This document shows positions 13,899 to 27,666 of a DNA stretch of 64,000 nt, one piece after another. Made by a program: the position numbers and the translations under genes. Position 1 is the stretch's first letter. Each line of letters opens with the position of its first letter. This stretch comes from Eledone cirrhosa (lineage: Eukaryota): NCBI GenBank assembly GCA_964016885.1, contig OZ024740.1, positions 337,900,001 to 337,964,000 on the forward strand, in the 5' to 3' direction. A model generated the notes under the pieces. That model was not told the DNA's origin and searched no databases. It saw nothing but the letters and a program-made list of their open reading frames with translations.

Positions 13899-14018
13899 AT
13901 AGATTCATACATGTATATATAAAGAAGCCACAGACAATATGTTCAATAAATATATATTTAGTTTCGCTGTTAAATTATTTCCCTTTGTTAAATCACAGTC
14001 TTTAGCAACTTGAACTGA

Positions 14019-14068
14019 GGATCAAACCAACTAGTTTCATCTTTCATTTAAAGACTCATCAGGGATCG
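14019..14068 (-). ncRNA. Type I hammerhead ribozyme candidate
   Basis: Minus strand GATCC-CTGATGA-GTCTTT..AAAGAT-GAAAC-TA-GTT-GG; stem I is weak. Confidence 0.55.
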
Positions 14069-14726
14069 TTTATATAGCTTTTCAAGCTGCTGAAGCTAGA
14101 AAGTGAAAAGTTACTCATGGAAATGTAACACTCCCATTATAGAATAGATTAAATCAAAAATATTTGAAGTACAACTACTGAAATATATCAATACCGTTAA
14201 TTTTTGGCAGCAAAACACCATTTCTACCTCCCACTAGGTTTATATGATTAAATTGGAGACATACACACATATACCTATATTTTGCTTGACCGCTTCAAGT
14301 TGAATAGAGAACAATATGAATCAAAATGGTGTGAAATGGAATTAGGAGAGTGAGACAGAGAGAGAGAGGGGAGGCTGAATGAGAGAGAAAGAGAGGCTGA
14401 ATGAGAGAGAAAGAGAGAGAAAGAGGTAGAATGAGAGAGAAGAGAAATCAATGTCCAATTTTAAGATATCTGCGATTTAAGAGTTCTCTCACTCTCTACT
14501 CACAAATCACTATGAAAAAGCCAAGAGGACAAATAATAGATTACAAAGTAAGAGCTTGTAATATAAAACCAAGAAATATTTTCATTATGAAGGATACATA
14601 TATATATAGGATATTAGTTATTAGATACTGATGCTTCTAATAAAAATTACACTACTCTAACTCTTGTATTGAGTACATTCATTCTCTTGCGTGTACATAC
14701 AAATGTGTATTCACTTCTTTATCTCT

Positions 14727-14776
<50 letters not shown>

Positions 14777-15373
14777 ATTATGTGTGTGTATGTGTGTACA
14801 TGAATACATACATACATACAATGTAAATTAAATACATGCATACATACAATGTAAATTAAATACATACATACCCCTATAAATTGAATAATTACATACATAT
14901 GTACATACATGCATACAATGTAAAATACATACGTACAATATAACTCACATACATACATGCATGCATAGTATGAAAATTACACTGAGAATGTATTTCTGTA
15001 CAAGTTCTACAAAAAGGGATCAGTAAATTTAAAGTAAATGTTGCAGTGATAATATACATAAATATATAAAATATATAATGTAAACAGAATGAATTAAAAA
15101 TCACTGAAGGTATACATATTAAAATATACGACATATTTTTACTCTGCAAACACACATATATATATTAGGTTGATATAAAAATGGATGAAAAGAGCACTCA
15201 ACATATAAAGAAAATTATTGAAGCATTAAGATGCAAGGTTCTATGTGAAGAGGCTTTGGTAGCTTTTAAATGGAACTGATTCTTATAGGATGTTGAGTAA
15301 ATATCCTACATATAGCTGATTCTTATTGGATACTTCTTTTCTATTTCAAGTTGTATTATCATTATTATTATTG

Positions 15374-17940
15374 TTATTGTTGTTGTTGTTGTTGTTGTTG
15401 CTGTTGTGTATTTCCTCTTCCTTCAGTGTTGTTTCCATTTCTTGCCAAATGTCTTCTTGACACCTAGGGCAGAGGGATTCACTGTATATATTGATAAGCT
15501 ACAAAATAAACACACCAGATTTTTCACATCGCACGCTTTACACAGTTCCAAATATATCATTTACTTTATACCTGTGTACATTATCTGTTTAAAATTATAT
15601 TTACAACAGAATGATATTCAGTCATATAAGAGTGCTCAATTATTTACAGCTTGCATAATTATGGAATATAATCTAATAAAGTTAAGTGAAAAATTATATA
15701 GATGATTATCTTTCTCACAGCAATAGTGCTCTTCTCAATACATGTGCTATACAGTTAAAACAATTTCTTGCACTTCTTGCAATGTTGGTAAATCATTCTA
15801 AAGCAATTTTCTGTTCCTTTTTTTATCATTCCCAGTGCTCCTACAATCACTGGTATTGTGACCACCTTGAGATGCCACATTTTTCCAATTTCAATCTGCA
15901 AGTCTTTATATTTTCTTAGCTTGTCAAATTCTTTTGCTGCAATATTGTGATCACATGGTATCCTCATATCAATCAATAAACAGACTGTGTTATTTTGGTA
16001 TTTTACAATAATATCCAGTTTATTAGCTTTGATAGATATTAGCTGTATGTATGTACAGGAAAATCCCCCCAAATCGTTACATTTTCTTCCTCAGTCACAG
16101 CCTCAAGGTGATGTTTATACCACTTGTCAGCAGTTTTGATTTTATAATGCCAATATATTGACCAGTGTAGACATTGGCCAACTCTGCATGCTTCGATTTA
16201 TACTCTACTTGTGCTAAATCTTTGCATTCAGAGATTAAATGATCCACCATTCCAATCTCATCAGTGCAGAGTCAGGACTTTAGATCTACTCCATTTCTCA
16301 TCACATTGGCTTGATAGTTCCTGATTAATAAGCTTTTATTTTGTTGAAGCCCTCATTCTCTGCCTTTAGCCCTGAGCTATGTAGCCATTGATGGGTGTGC
16401 TTCTGGTCAACATCAGCTTGTTTGCTATGGGCTACATATTTGCCATGCAGATGTTTCTGCTCCCAGCTCACTGCTAATTGTTCATGCCCTTTTTTTATTT
16501 GACATTAACTTTACTTCCTTTACAGCAACAGTTGCCATAATCACCTCAATAGTATAAATCTTAATCCTTTTATGTTTTTTTATGAATTTCAACATCTAGT
16601 TGTTTGTTGTTTCAAGATATTTGGTCAATCCAATTTTGGTGGCTTTGTAAGAAAACTCAAATTGGATCAAGTCCTGGCTTCCTTGAGTTCTGGTAAGGTA
16701 AAGAAGATCCACATCTGCCTTTGGGAGGTGCATCTTAGGACAAATCAGCAACTACCAAATTTTTGTGTCAATTCTTTTTATTTTACTGACATTCCAGTTC
16801 AACACATTGAAGCTATAACAAATGAAACTGCTAAGGAATTTATGGTTAACACTTCCTTATATGGATTTAGCTTAGATTTCAGAACTACTTATACTTCCTA
16901 TAACAGTCCTTCCTTATCTTCTCTTTCATGCTAGCATGCTGAATGCTGGAGCCTTCATTTATATCTAAGTATTTATAGATTAGTTCTTGCTCAAGTTCTT
17001 TAAAATCGTTTCAACGTCAAATTCGATTGAATTTGAGTTTATCAACTTTCTTGAAAATGGTCTTGGCGCACTTATCAAGCCCAAACTCCATCCTAATGTC
17101 ATTGCAGAATGCTTTCACATTACATAGAAGGCCTTCAAGCCCACCATTGTCTTTACCATATAGTTTTAAGTCAATTTTATAACAATACATTGTTCTTTTG
17201 AGTTCAGTATTAGAAATATGCCAAAAATTAGAGGTGAAAGTGAATCATCTTGGAAAATGCCAGTATAATTTCATTCTGCTCGAGGAATTTATACAGGGTT
17301 GCCGAGATGATTCCACATCAGGGTTTCCGAGATGATAAGTTTCCACATTAGTGGCAAGCAAGATATGGATCTAAAATTATCTACTACATTGCATTTAGCA
17401 GGTTCCTTCTGACTGAGCACAGTCCTACCTGTTATCATCCATATAGGTATCACTCTATGCTTGTTTAACATGGTATTCATTTGAGCTCTGATTCACTCAT
17501 GTAAAAATGTCAACTTCTTCAACCAAAACCCTGGACCCATCATGTTCAGGAGTCTTCCAATTGGCAATTTCTTTTGCTTGCATGCCATTCCTGTTGTTAT
17601 TTCAATATCACTTTTCTTCACATTTGTTTTATTTTCTCTCAATGCCTTCAGCCATGCAGCTTTCTTATTATGCTGTACCTCATTATCCCAGGCATCGGAC
17701 CAAACTTTTCTGCTTTCTTCTGTATCTGGTGCCACCATTTCTTTCTTACTTTTACCCTCGCCGTCTTGGTACACTCTTTTCTGATCATGCTGTAACATTC
17801 TATTGATTCTGTATTATTGTGTTCTTTGTTCAAATCCTCTCAGCTTGGATACCTTGGCCTGCTTCCTTTGTTTCAACTCCTCAATAATGACGTTTATACC
17901 TTTCTTCAGTACATTATACTTCTTTTCTATTTCAAGTTGT
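15374..17940 (-). mobile_element. R4/Dong-like RLE non-LTR retrotransposon, degraded
   Basis: NKLDIIV...CLLIDMRIPCD...KLRKYKDLQIEIGKMW...VIVGALG (RLE), NFRSISCLPLMWKL (RT N-terminal region) and VIIEELKQR; flanked by (TTA)n. Confidence 0.8.
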
Positions 17941-17959
17941 ATTATCATTATTATTATTG

Positions 17960-19138
17960 CGTGGAGTACTGGGCATGCCATGGCTGATGATGCTCAAACA
18001 TGCACTGAGGCTGCGACATCTCTGGTGCTTCCTTGATGGTGAACAGGTGTGGTCGCCGTTCGCCAGGCACGTTTTCCCACAGTTCGTCTCCTTGACGGAG
18101 CTGCAGTCCTGGGTAAAAAAAAGACCGAGGGATAGCGCTTGGAAACTGGAATGTCTCCAGGCGCTCACTGCCCTCTGCCAGCTGGGCACCAGTATCGGTG
18201 GAACATCCACCTCGGCGTTCTATAGAGGACTAGTGGAGGGGAAGAGCGACGACATTCTCGGAGAGATCCTGGGCGTCGAAGAAGATCAGCTGTTTGCTCT
18301 CTTCCGGAGAACTTTCAGCTCGGGGCCTATGGATAACTTCCAAAAATCCCTGGCCTGGCAGTGCTACCGAGGAGCGTTGCCGGTTTGAGATAAGCTCTAC
18401 AGGCATGGAAGTGCCGTCAGCCGAGCCTGTCTGAGATGCGCGCAGAGCAACGGAACCGTCGTGCACGCACTCGTTCAGTGCCCGAGCATTGCTGACTTGT
18501 GGAGCTATGTCGAACAGTTGCTGTCGCGTGTAGGACTGATCCGGTTGTCGATTGAGTCCATTGTGCAGATGGTCTCGCCGTCTTCCTTCGAGGAGGAAGG
18601 GCAGGCAGATTTCATCTGCCTGGTGGCCATGGCGAAAGAGATTGTGTGGTGGACAAGGTTAAAAGGGTTAAAGACAGACACTTTCCTCTTCGGCGAATCC
18701 CCAATTAACTTTTTCAAGTTTCACTTGAAGAGGAAAATCAGGGTGGAGAGGCAAGTGCTGCCTTCTAGCAAGTTTGTTGAAAGGTGAGTGAATGTAGCGA
18801 GAATGGTACGAGTGAACGGGACCACTCTGAATATACGTCTGTAGTTTGAGAGATGGAAAAATTGAGAGAGGCCGCTTGCCCTGGTGGTCAGGGTGGCCGT
18901 GGTCTTTTGTGTGGTTTTCGCCATGAGTAACCCTCGGAGTTTTCACCCCCATTGGGGAATTTTTCATTGTTTCAATTTTCATTTTTATTGTTTATATATA
19001 TATATGTTTCTATGTCCATTTTTTTCTTTTCTTATATAAATAATAAAAATATTTACATGCACAAAACCCACATCGTACAGTCCTGTGCCGTCTGTAATGT
19101 TTTTCTTGATGTCAGCCCTTGTGGCCAATAAAGAAATC
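17960..19138 (+). mobile_element. Tx1/L1-like LINE 3' fragment
   Basis: KSLAWQCYRGALPV*DKL...CLRC...TVVHALVQC zinc-knuckle region; AATAAA followed by (ATT)n tail. Confidence 0.75.
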
Positions 19139-19159
19139 ATTATTATTATTATTATTATT

Positions 19160-19375
19160 GCGCTGAATTGGCAGTATTGGTAGAGCATTGGACACATGCT
19201 TTATGGTATAGAGTTGTGGTCCTTTACATTCTGAGTTCAAATCCCCCCCCCCCCCCCGAGGTTAGCTTTGCTTTTCATCCCTATGGGTTCGATAAAATGA
19301 ATCACAAATAATGCACTGCGGTCGATCTAATCGACTTTCTCCTTCTTAACAAAAGCTTGGTTTTGTGCCTAAATT
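19160..19375 (+). mobile_element. tRNA-derived SINE family A variant
   Basis: TGGCAGTATTGGTAGAG...GAGTTCAAATC...GCTTTTCATCC. Confidence 0.75.
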
Positions 19376-19439
19376 ATCATTATTATTCCCATTATCATTA
19401 TTATTAAGCAGTATCGGTAGAAAGTCGGACATCATGGTA

Positions 19440-20860
19440 TGGTCATGTAAATGATCTGACAGTAATTGTCTTTCTTGTTCAATACGACAATGTCTGGTTG
19501 CTGATGCTCAGTACACTATCAGTCTAAAAATCATAATCCCAGAATATCAGTGCTTTCCCACCCTCCTGCACTGCATTACAAGGCACATGCTCACCAATTC
19601 TCTATGACTTCATACTGGTATTTACACCACAAAAGCCAATGAAAGTATAGACGTACTTTATCATAGCAGTGTTGGTATTCTTTTTGAGCAAGGTCCTCTC
19701 ATCCACTTACCAAGTGGGTAACAGTTTCCACATTCTTTCCATAGAGCCTGTATTTCTGGGTGTCAGACGTTCTGTAGATATTATACTTCAACTTGGTAGC
19801 AAGATATTGGTCTTGTGCTGCAACTATAAGGCCTTCAGTGGCATATTTCAAATCTCCTTGCTTAAGCCATGTCCAGGATGTTGTTTTATCTTTGATATCC
19901 TGTGTATTTCTCTCAAACTGACCATGCATTCTCATTCCTAGAAGATCTTCTTTTCTTTGGTTAAACTCTTCCTTTCCAATCACTTCTACTACATTTATAC
20001 CTATATCTTCTGCTGCATATTGCAACAACTCTTCGTCACTGTTGTTTATCAAATATTCTGCAAGCGTTCTCTTTTCATTCCTTTTACAATTGATCCACAC
20101 TGATGAGGCCTCTGCCACCTTTCATTCTCTTCATGTATAGTCTATTATTATTTGCTTTAGGGTATGAAGCTCCATATAATATCATTAAATTTCTTTCTAT
20201 TCAGTTTTAATATTTTTCTTCAGTGCCACTGAGAGTGGATGCATTATATCTAAACACTGCAACTGCCAAGATATTCATTGCAGTGACCACATTTCTCACA
20301 TTCAAGTCGGATTTTATAATAATTTTTACTCTCTTTAAATATATCCCTTTAATCTTTTCTTTCATTTCTGCAAGCAAAATATCATCTAACTTTAAGACCC
20401 CCAAATATTTATAACCACTATCTTCTGGTTCTCCCATGTTTTCTCCCAATAGCAGTCATAATCCACAACAGGCTGTGAGAATGAGGCCCATTGGAGAATA
20501 TCTCTTAATTTCTACTTCTCTCAGAAAGACATTGTTTGAGTATAGCTTAGTTTTCCACTCTAGCTTACTATTCAGCATAAACTTTGTGATGTTGTCAGCA
20601 ATAACAAATATCCGCAGGCATTCACCAATCCAAGAATGGGGCACCATATCATATACCTTCTTAAATTCAATCCAGGTCATAGACATGTCTGTGCGATGTT
20701 TCTTACAATGCTTGAAAATTGTTTTATCAACAACAAGGAGATCCATGGTATCCTGGGACTTTTTCCTACATCCTTTTTGTTCCATTGGTAATATTCCTTC
20801 CAGTGACAGAAAAACATATGTCTTCCCCGCAAATATCCCAGTGAGAACCTTCCATAAACT
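19440..20860 (-). mobile_element. Second R4/Dong-like LINE fragment, degraded
   Basis: EQKGCRK...WIEFKKVYDMVPHSWI, YKYLGV, MHGQF...SWTWLKQGDLK...EGLIVAAQDQ. Confidence 0.8.
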
Positions 20861-21233
20861 GGTAGTATCGGTAGAGCATCAGACAACATGCTTTGTGGTA
20901 TATAGTTACATCTCTTTACATTTTGTGTTCAAATCCAGCAGATGCTAGCTTTGCTTTTCATCCTTACAGAGGTCGATATATATAAAGTACCAGTAATGCA
21001 CTGGGGTCAATTTAATCGACTTTACCCCACCTTGTACCTAAATTAGAAACCATTGATTGGCAGTATCGGTAGAGGGTCCGACGCCATGCTTTCCAGCATA
21101 GTTACGTCCCTTTACGATCTGAGTTCAAATCCCGCCGAGGTTGACTTTGCCTTTCAACCTTACGGGGTCGATAAAATAAAGTACCAGTAATGCACTGTGT
21201 AATTGCTGGCCTTGTACCTAAATCAGAAACCAT
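20861..21233 (+). mobile_element. Two adjacent SINE family A copies
   Basis: Two box A/box B heads and bodies (20861-21052, 21053-21233). Confidence 0.8.
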
Positions 21234-21518
21234 TATTTCTTTAATTATTTCTATAACTTAAATTATATCTGCTACTTTATTCTCTGTGGGAATATTTCCT
21301 TGTATATGTTGGATACAGGTTTATCAGATATTGTTTATCCCTGAATTAAACATATTGCTAATGTGTGAAGAAAATATTTCTACTTCTATCCTTGAAATAT
21401 ATATGTATATTTCTTTGCATTTGTAATTATATTTTTAATCTTAATATCTGTATCGAAACAGAAGCAATGTCTTATATAGTCAAACGTGAAACAACAACAA
21501 CTACTACTACTACTACTT

Positions 21519-21555
<37 letters not shown>

Positions 21556-21869
21556 TACTACTACTACTACTACTACTACCTTACATTCACACATCTAATG
21601 CCACAGATGCACGCACAGACAAATATATGTAGAGTGATATAACATTGTAAACATACCCAAAGTAAATTTTAATAGCTCAAATTTAATTTTGTTACAGATG
21701 CATGTAACGTTTCATTGTACTGTTCAAAGTATGTATAAGTATTCTATTTAATATATGATATGTTATATATAAGATTTGAACTTAGAGAGTAGAGTGCCAG
21801 AACAAATACCATAAAGCACTCTATCCAACATTCTAACAACTCTGTCAATTTGCTGCCTTTACTCTAAAA

Positions 21870-22230
21870 GCTGACCTTGCCCAATTGCACCTCTCAAAGG
21901 TGATGACACAGGACCGTGACCTCTGGCGTCACACAGTAATACAGAAGACCCGACTTCCCAGGAGTACAAGCTGAAGCATATAGACAATATGGCTCCACCC
22001 CCTCCCACTGCAAACTGGTCGTGTAGGTGCCACGATAAAAAAGCACCCAGTACTCACTGTAAATGAGGTTGGTGTTAGGAAGGGCATCCAGCTGTAGAAA
22101 TCAAACCAAAATCAGTTCCCGTATGTGCAAGACAAGGTCACCGACCTGGCACTGTCCACATCAGGACAACCCGTCTAACCCATGCTAGCGTGGAAGAATG
22201 GACGTAAAACGGTGATGATGATGATGATGA
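21870..22230 (+). mobile_element. RTE LINE 3' end
   Basis: Matches 42510-42930 and 63640-64000. Confidence 0.8.
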
Positions 22231-22582
22231 TTAAACATCACATATCAACTAGAATACTTATACAGTGCATACTTTGAACAGTACAATGAAACAAAATTAA
22301 ATTGCGTAATAGCGCTTGTCTAAATTCAAGGAATGAAATTTTTTCACGTTGTCCACCCGTCTGGAAACACCTATTACATAATTACAAAGCTCTAGGTTGA
22401 CTAACATGAACAATCTATAATATTCTGGACTAAATAACAGGAATAATCTATTATTATTCTGAGTATCCACAGTCATCTCCCTCACCGATCTATCGTGGGT
22501 TTACCTTCCTTTTGGAAAGTGACAGTTTCTGCACATGCGTATTTGTACAGTTGTTTTTCCCTCTCCGTACAACCTCATTTAA

Positions 22583-22625
22583 ACCGAGCTGATGATCCGA
22601 ATAAGGTGAAACAATTATGCTCGGT
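22583..22625 (+). ncRNA. Type I hammerhead motif, cleavage triplet mutated
   Basis: ACCGAG-CTGATGA-TCC..GGT-GAAAC-AATT-ATG-CTCGGT; perfect stem I; the sister copy at 62481 has GTT. Confidence 0.6.
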
Positions 22626-22658
22626 AATGGTGAACTAACTGTGGCGGAACTACATTTA

Positions 22659-22772
<114 letters not shown>

Positions 22773-23057
22773 CACACACTCACATACATATATGTTGAAC
22801 AGAAAAAAGTAAAACGTAAAATATTGACTAGAAAAATATTTTCACGTTAAAATTTATATAACATGACAACTGTTTTTACGAACATACATTATATCTATAT
22901 CTAAATTCTCTCTCGCTCTTTCACTCACCTCTTATACATGTAGAGAGACACATACACACCAACCAGTACACCCACACAAACAAATAGATTATACATATAT
23001 TAGTATAAACGATGAAATTTTGTTTACATGTATGTAGTGTTTTTATTGTGTATCGAT

Positions 23058-23143
23058 CTGTTACCTGCGTTTCACAGAGGATTGGCTCAGTCATCCATAA
23101 AAGATATGGACCTGACTCCATTATCGATCTGGTCTTCAGACTG
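23058..23143 (-). ncRNA. Hammerhead candidate with long stem II
   Basis: Minus strand CTGAAGA-CCAGA...TCTGT-GAAAC-GCAG-GTA-AC. Confidence 0.55.
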
Positions 23144-23198
23144 GTGATCAACAAAAAAATATCGTGTTTGAATGAACACTATATATTTTGTTGTTCGC

Positions 23199-23270
23199 CA
23201 GTCTGAAGAGCAGATGGATAATGGAGCCGGGTAACCCTGACCCAATCCTCTGCGAAACGAGCATAACAGA
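23199..23270 (+). ncRNA. Hammerhead candidate with long stem II
   Basis: CTGAAGA-GCAGATGGAT...ATCCTCTGC-GAAAC-GAGC-ATA-AC. Confidence 0.55.
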
Positions 23271-23397
23271 TAGATACACAATAAAAAACTAAATACATGT
23301 AAATGAAACCTCATCGTTTTTATTAATATATACACTCTGCCTGTGTATAGAATGCTCATCTTGGTACCATCACCAGTAACTCACTGAATCACATACA

Positions 23398-23400
<3 letters not shown>

Positions 23401-23440
<40 letters not shown>

Positions 23441-23979
23441 TACTGTACGTCTGTATACATATATGTATACATACTTATATATATATATTAGTAAACAGGA
23501 AAAGAAAATGCTAACAAATTTTTCACAGTGAAAAATAGTTTAATTAGGAATAAGTATAAATTAGTAATAAGTATTAGTTAGTATTCAGTTTTAGTTTTAA
23601 GTTTTTACCGGTTGCGCATTTCTTATGCTTTTCAAAAATAATTTTGAGATAGAGTGCTCGTGATTTTTGCTCTAATCTGATCAGTTTTGGAAATTCTTCC
23701 TGTTTTATGTGAAAAAAGTGGCTCGGGAGGTATTAAGATTTGGTTGGTTGTTGAATGTCACGTGAATAAGCACTATAGATTTCGCACCAATTCGTGTTGC
23801 AAAAATTCTTGTAGTCAAAACAATTTTGATTGGTCGGTAGAAGTCACGTGAATGTTTAAATTGATTTTAGCGAGAGCTGGTTTCGCGCGAAATGTAGGTT
23901 TGTCGAAGAGTGTCCTTTTCCGCTTGATTGAGTTGCAGTCATGTTGAGAGGTCAACAGTTCAGGTGTCTATTAAGACAA

Positions 23980-24062
<83 letters not shown>

Positions 24063-24130
24063 TGTGTGTGTGTAGCAAAGTGGTTCATTGTTGTGATAAT
24101 GGAAATGAATCGGTCGGTAGGAGTGTGTGT
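23401..24130. repeat. Left arm of a ~700-bp inverted repeat (PLE 3' end)
   Basis: Near-perfect reverse complement of 26385-27120. Confidence 0.9.
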
Positions 24131-24674
24131 GTGGGAGAGGGGGGGGGGATTTAACATGTTGAAACATTTTTCAGCTCTTGTCTTATACGGAGAAGTGTGT
24201 GTATGTCTGTCTGTATGTTAGTGTTCGCGTGTGTGTGGATGGACGAGTATTTTTGTGGTACTGGTAAAAATGGCGTACATTATTCGATATTTTCAGTCAT
24301 TTGCAAAAACGATTCTCTCAAAAGAACATCAATAACATCAATAATAAAAGATGTGAAATGATGTATAGTATTGTCATAACAACAATGCATGTGTGAGTCC
24401 AGATTGTACGTACTGCAAGGGGAATCCATTAGACCCTGCCGTACGGGATACTTGTATACAAATATGTATGCACCCATCAATGTGAAATACATGTGTGCGT
24501 ATGTGTATATGTGCGTGTCGGCACGTCTATATCTATAAACATCAAAAGGTATGCGAATTTGTGTATATTTGTGTTGCACCATAGAACATGTGTGTTTATA
24601 TGTGGATAGAAATGTATGTAAGATGTATGCTGATGTAGGTATGTATGTCAACGGTTGTATGTTGTGGGTTCGTA

Positions 24675-26390
24675 TTAGGAAGAAGTGTTTAGACGGGGTC
24701 CGTATTTGTTAATAAAGTGATATTCCTTACTGATGTGCTGGGTGTAGGTGGCATTATCTTTAAATTTGTAGAGGGGAAAGATTCTAAAGTTGGGATGGTT
24801 TTGGGCGGCACAGGTATCAATCTGTTCACTCAGTGCTAATTTTCTGCATTCCCGTATTTTGATTCGGGATCTATGGACAGTCAGCGTTGGCGGAGATGTT
24901 TTTAGTCTGGCCTATGTATTGTTCTCGACAACCCGAGTAAGTTAATACATATGAAATTGTGTTTTACTATAAAACGTTGTCCTTGTTTGAAATAGAATTC
25001 CGAACCCTCTATTAGGTTGATGCATATACCACAGTTGGGCCTATCGCATTTTTTTACTGTGGGTTTCGTTGTTCTGGTTGGCAGTACTTTGGCATGTGTT
25101 AGGATGTTTTTCATTGACTTAGATTGTCTTTTGCTCTTTATGATATGGTTCATTCTATGGTCCTTTTTTAATGCAGGGATGTTCTGGAGGATGGTGTCAA
25201 AGGCCTCATTGTTGAGGGGGTTGTGTGTGGAGATGTATGGAAGAACTTTTAGTTTCGGTTGATTAACTTTAGAGTGTCTAAGGTCCTGGGTACTGAGTTT
25301 TAGGGCACGTTGGATTCCATTGTCAATTAGTGAAGCAGGGTATTCCCTGCTTATGAGTGTGTCCTTTAGTTCTTGTAGACTTAAGTAATAGGTGTTTTTC
25401 TTGGAAACTATAGTACAGATTCTCTTTGCTAAGTTGTAGGGAATATTAATTTTAACGTGTCTAGGGTGGCATAAATTGAAAGATATTGCTTGGAGTCTGT
25501 GGGCTTGTAGTACATGTCTGTTTCTATTTTTTTTATTATGAATCATAATGAGGATGTCGAGGAAGGGGAGTTGTTGATGGCTGTATTCTATTGTAAAATT
25601 AATATTCATGTTGAACCCATTTATAAGGGTGTGAAATTCTTTAAGTTTTTCGATGTTTTCGTGCCAAAGGATGAAGCAGTCATCTAGATATCTCTTCCAA
25701 TTCTTTTCTATGTGTAAGTGGAGAGTGTTTCCAAATTTGTTTAGGACTTTAGTGTAGAGGGTGATTTCCAGGTATCCCATGACTAGGTTGACATAAGTGG
25801 GGGCCGTTTTCATTCCCATAGCGGTCCCAGATTTCTGCCTGTAGATTTGTTATTGAAAACGAAGTAATTATTCTCCAAGATAAATGTGAGTCCTTCTATC
25901 ACAAATTCTTTTTTGATGCATTGTGGGTAATTATCAACCCAGAATTGGATAGCTTCTATTCCTAGGTTGTGGTGGATGTTGGAGTATAGTTTGACTACAT
26001 CGAACGTCACTAGCAGGGTTTGTTCAGTAAGGGGTATATTTAGGGTATCTAGGTCGTCCCTTATGTAGCTTTTAATGTGTTTGAGAAAAGGCTTGAGAAG
26101 GGTATCAATGAAGTTGCTAAGGCGGTGGGTTTCGCAAGCGGGCCTGCTATTATAGGTCTTAATTTGATATCATTGGGTGAGGGGACATTGATGACTAAGT
26201 CTGTGGCTTTCTTGCATGCTTTACTTATTAATTCGCTTTTATGTACTTTAGGGATACCGTAGAAAAGGCTGGATTTACTTGTGAAGTCTGTGATGAGGCT
26301 GAATTCCTTGTTAGTGAGTCCTTCTTTGTATGGGTTGATCAGAGTTTTTAGGTTTCTCATAATTTTCTGTTGATTGTAGTGTTCACACAT
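24675..26390 (-). mobile_element. Penelope-like element (Neptune-like) RT + GIY-YIG ORF, frameshifted and 5'-truncated
   Basis: FYGIPKVHK, LRPIIAG, TFDVVKLYSNI, MGMKTAPTYVNL, WKRYLDDCFILW, LPFLDI, CDRPNCGIC. Confidence 0.9.
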
Positions 26391-26437
26391 TCCTACTTAC
26401 CGATTCATTTCCATTATCACAACAATGAACCACTTTG

Positions 26438-26517
<80 letters not shown>

Positions 26518-27059
26518 TTGTCTTAATAGACACCTGAACTGTTGACCTCTCAACATGACTGCAACTCAATCAAGCGGAAAAGGACACTCTTCGACAAACC
26601 TACATTTCGCGCGAAACCAGCTCTCGCTAAAATCAATTTAAACATTCACGTGACTTCTACCGACCAATCAAAATTGTTTTGACTACAAGAATTTTTGCAA
26701 CACGAATTGGTGCGAAATCTATAGTGCTTATTCACGTGACATTCAACAACCAACCAAATCTTAATACCTCCCGAGCCACTTTTTTCACATAAAACAGGAA
26801 GAATTTCCAAAACTGATCAGATTAGAGCAAAAATCACGAGCACTCTATCTCAAAATTATTTTTGAAAAGCATAAGAAATGCGCAACCGGTAAAAACTTAA
26901 AACTAAAACTGAATACTAACTAATACGTATTACTAATTTATACTTATTCCTAATTAAAGTATTTTTCACTGTGAAAAATTTGTTAGCATTTTCTTTTCCT
27001 GTTTACTAATATATATATATATAAGTATGTATACATATATGTATACAGACGTACAGTAG

Positions 27060-27120
<61 letters not shown>
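26385..27120. repeat. Right arm of the inverted repeat (inverted pLTR-like)
   Basis: Reverse complement of 23401-24130. Confidence 0.9.
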
Positions 27121-27130
<10 letters not shown>

Positions 27131-27537
27131 GCACACATATATATATGTACGTATGAATTTACCGAACATTTATTATAATGCTCGGTTTGTTTGTAAACAA
27201 ACATCCCAAATTAAGCCGTACAATGTTTAGCAACCATCGTTGCCCTTTTGTTCAACACTGACAAAGGAACGATGTACTAGTTTCAAGCTTATTAGCTATC
27301 GTCAGCAACGTATACCTTCCTGCCAGATGATTGAACGTCTGAAAGTATATACTTTCCTTATGCATATTAACGGCTGAGCAGCCTAATTTGCATATCGAGT
27401 GAGTTAGTCGGCCGGGCGCACCGAAAACGATAAATGGAAAAAATGAAACGAAATTTCATTTCTCACTCTTAGTACGGCTGTTACTGAAATATAAGTATGT
27501 ATACGTACATACATATATGTATACAGACGTACAGTAG

Positions 27538-27568
<31 letters not shown>

Positions 27569-27579
27569 TTACATACATG

Positions 27580-27666
<87 letters not shown>

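Noticed and set aside
24280-24330. Expected HHR in the Neptune-like 3' UTR
   Set aside because: Only a degenerate core is visible, so it cannot be supported
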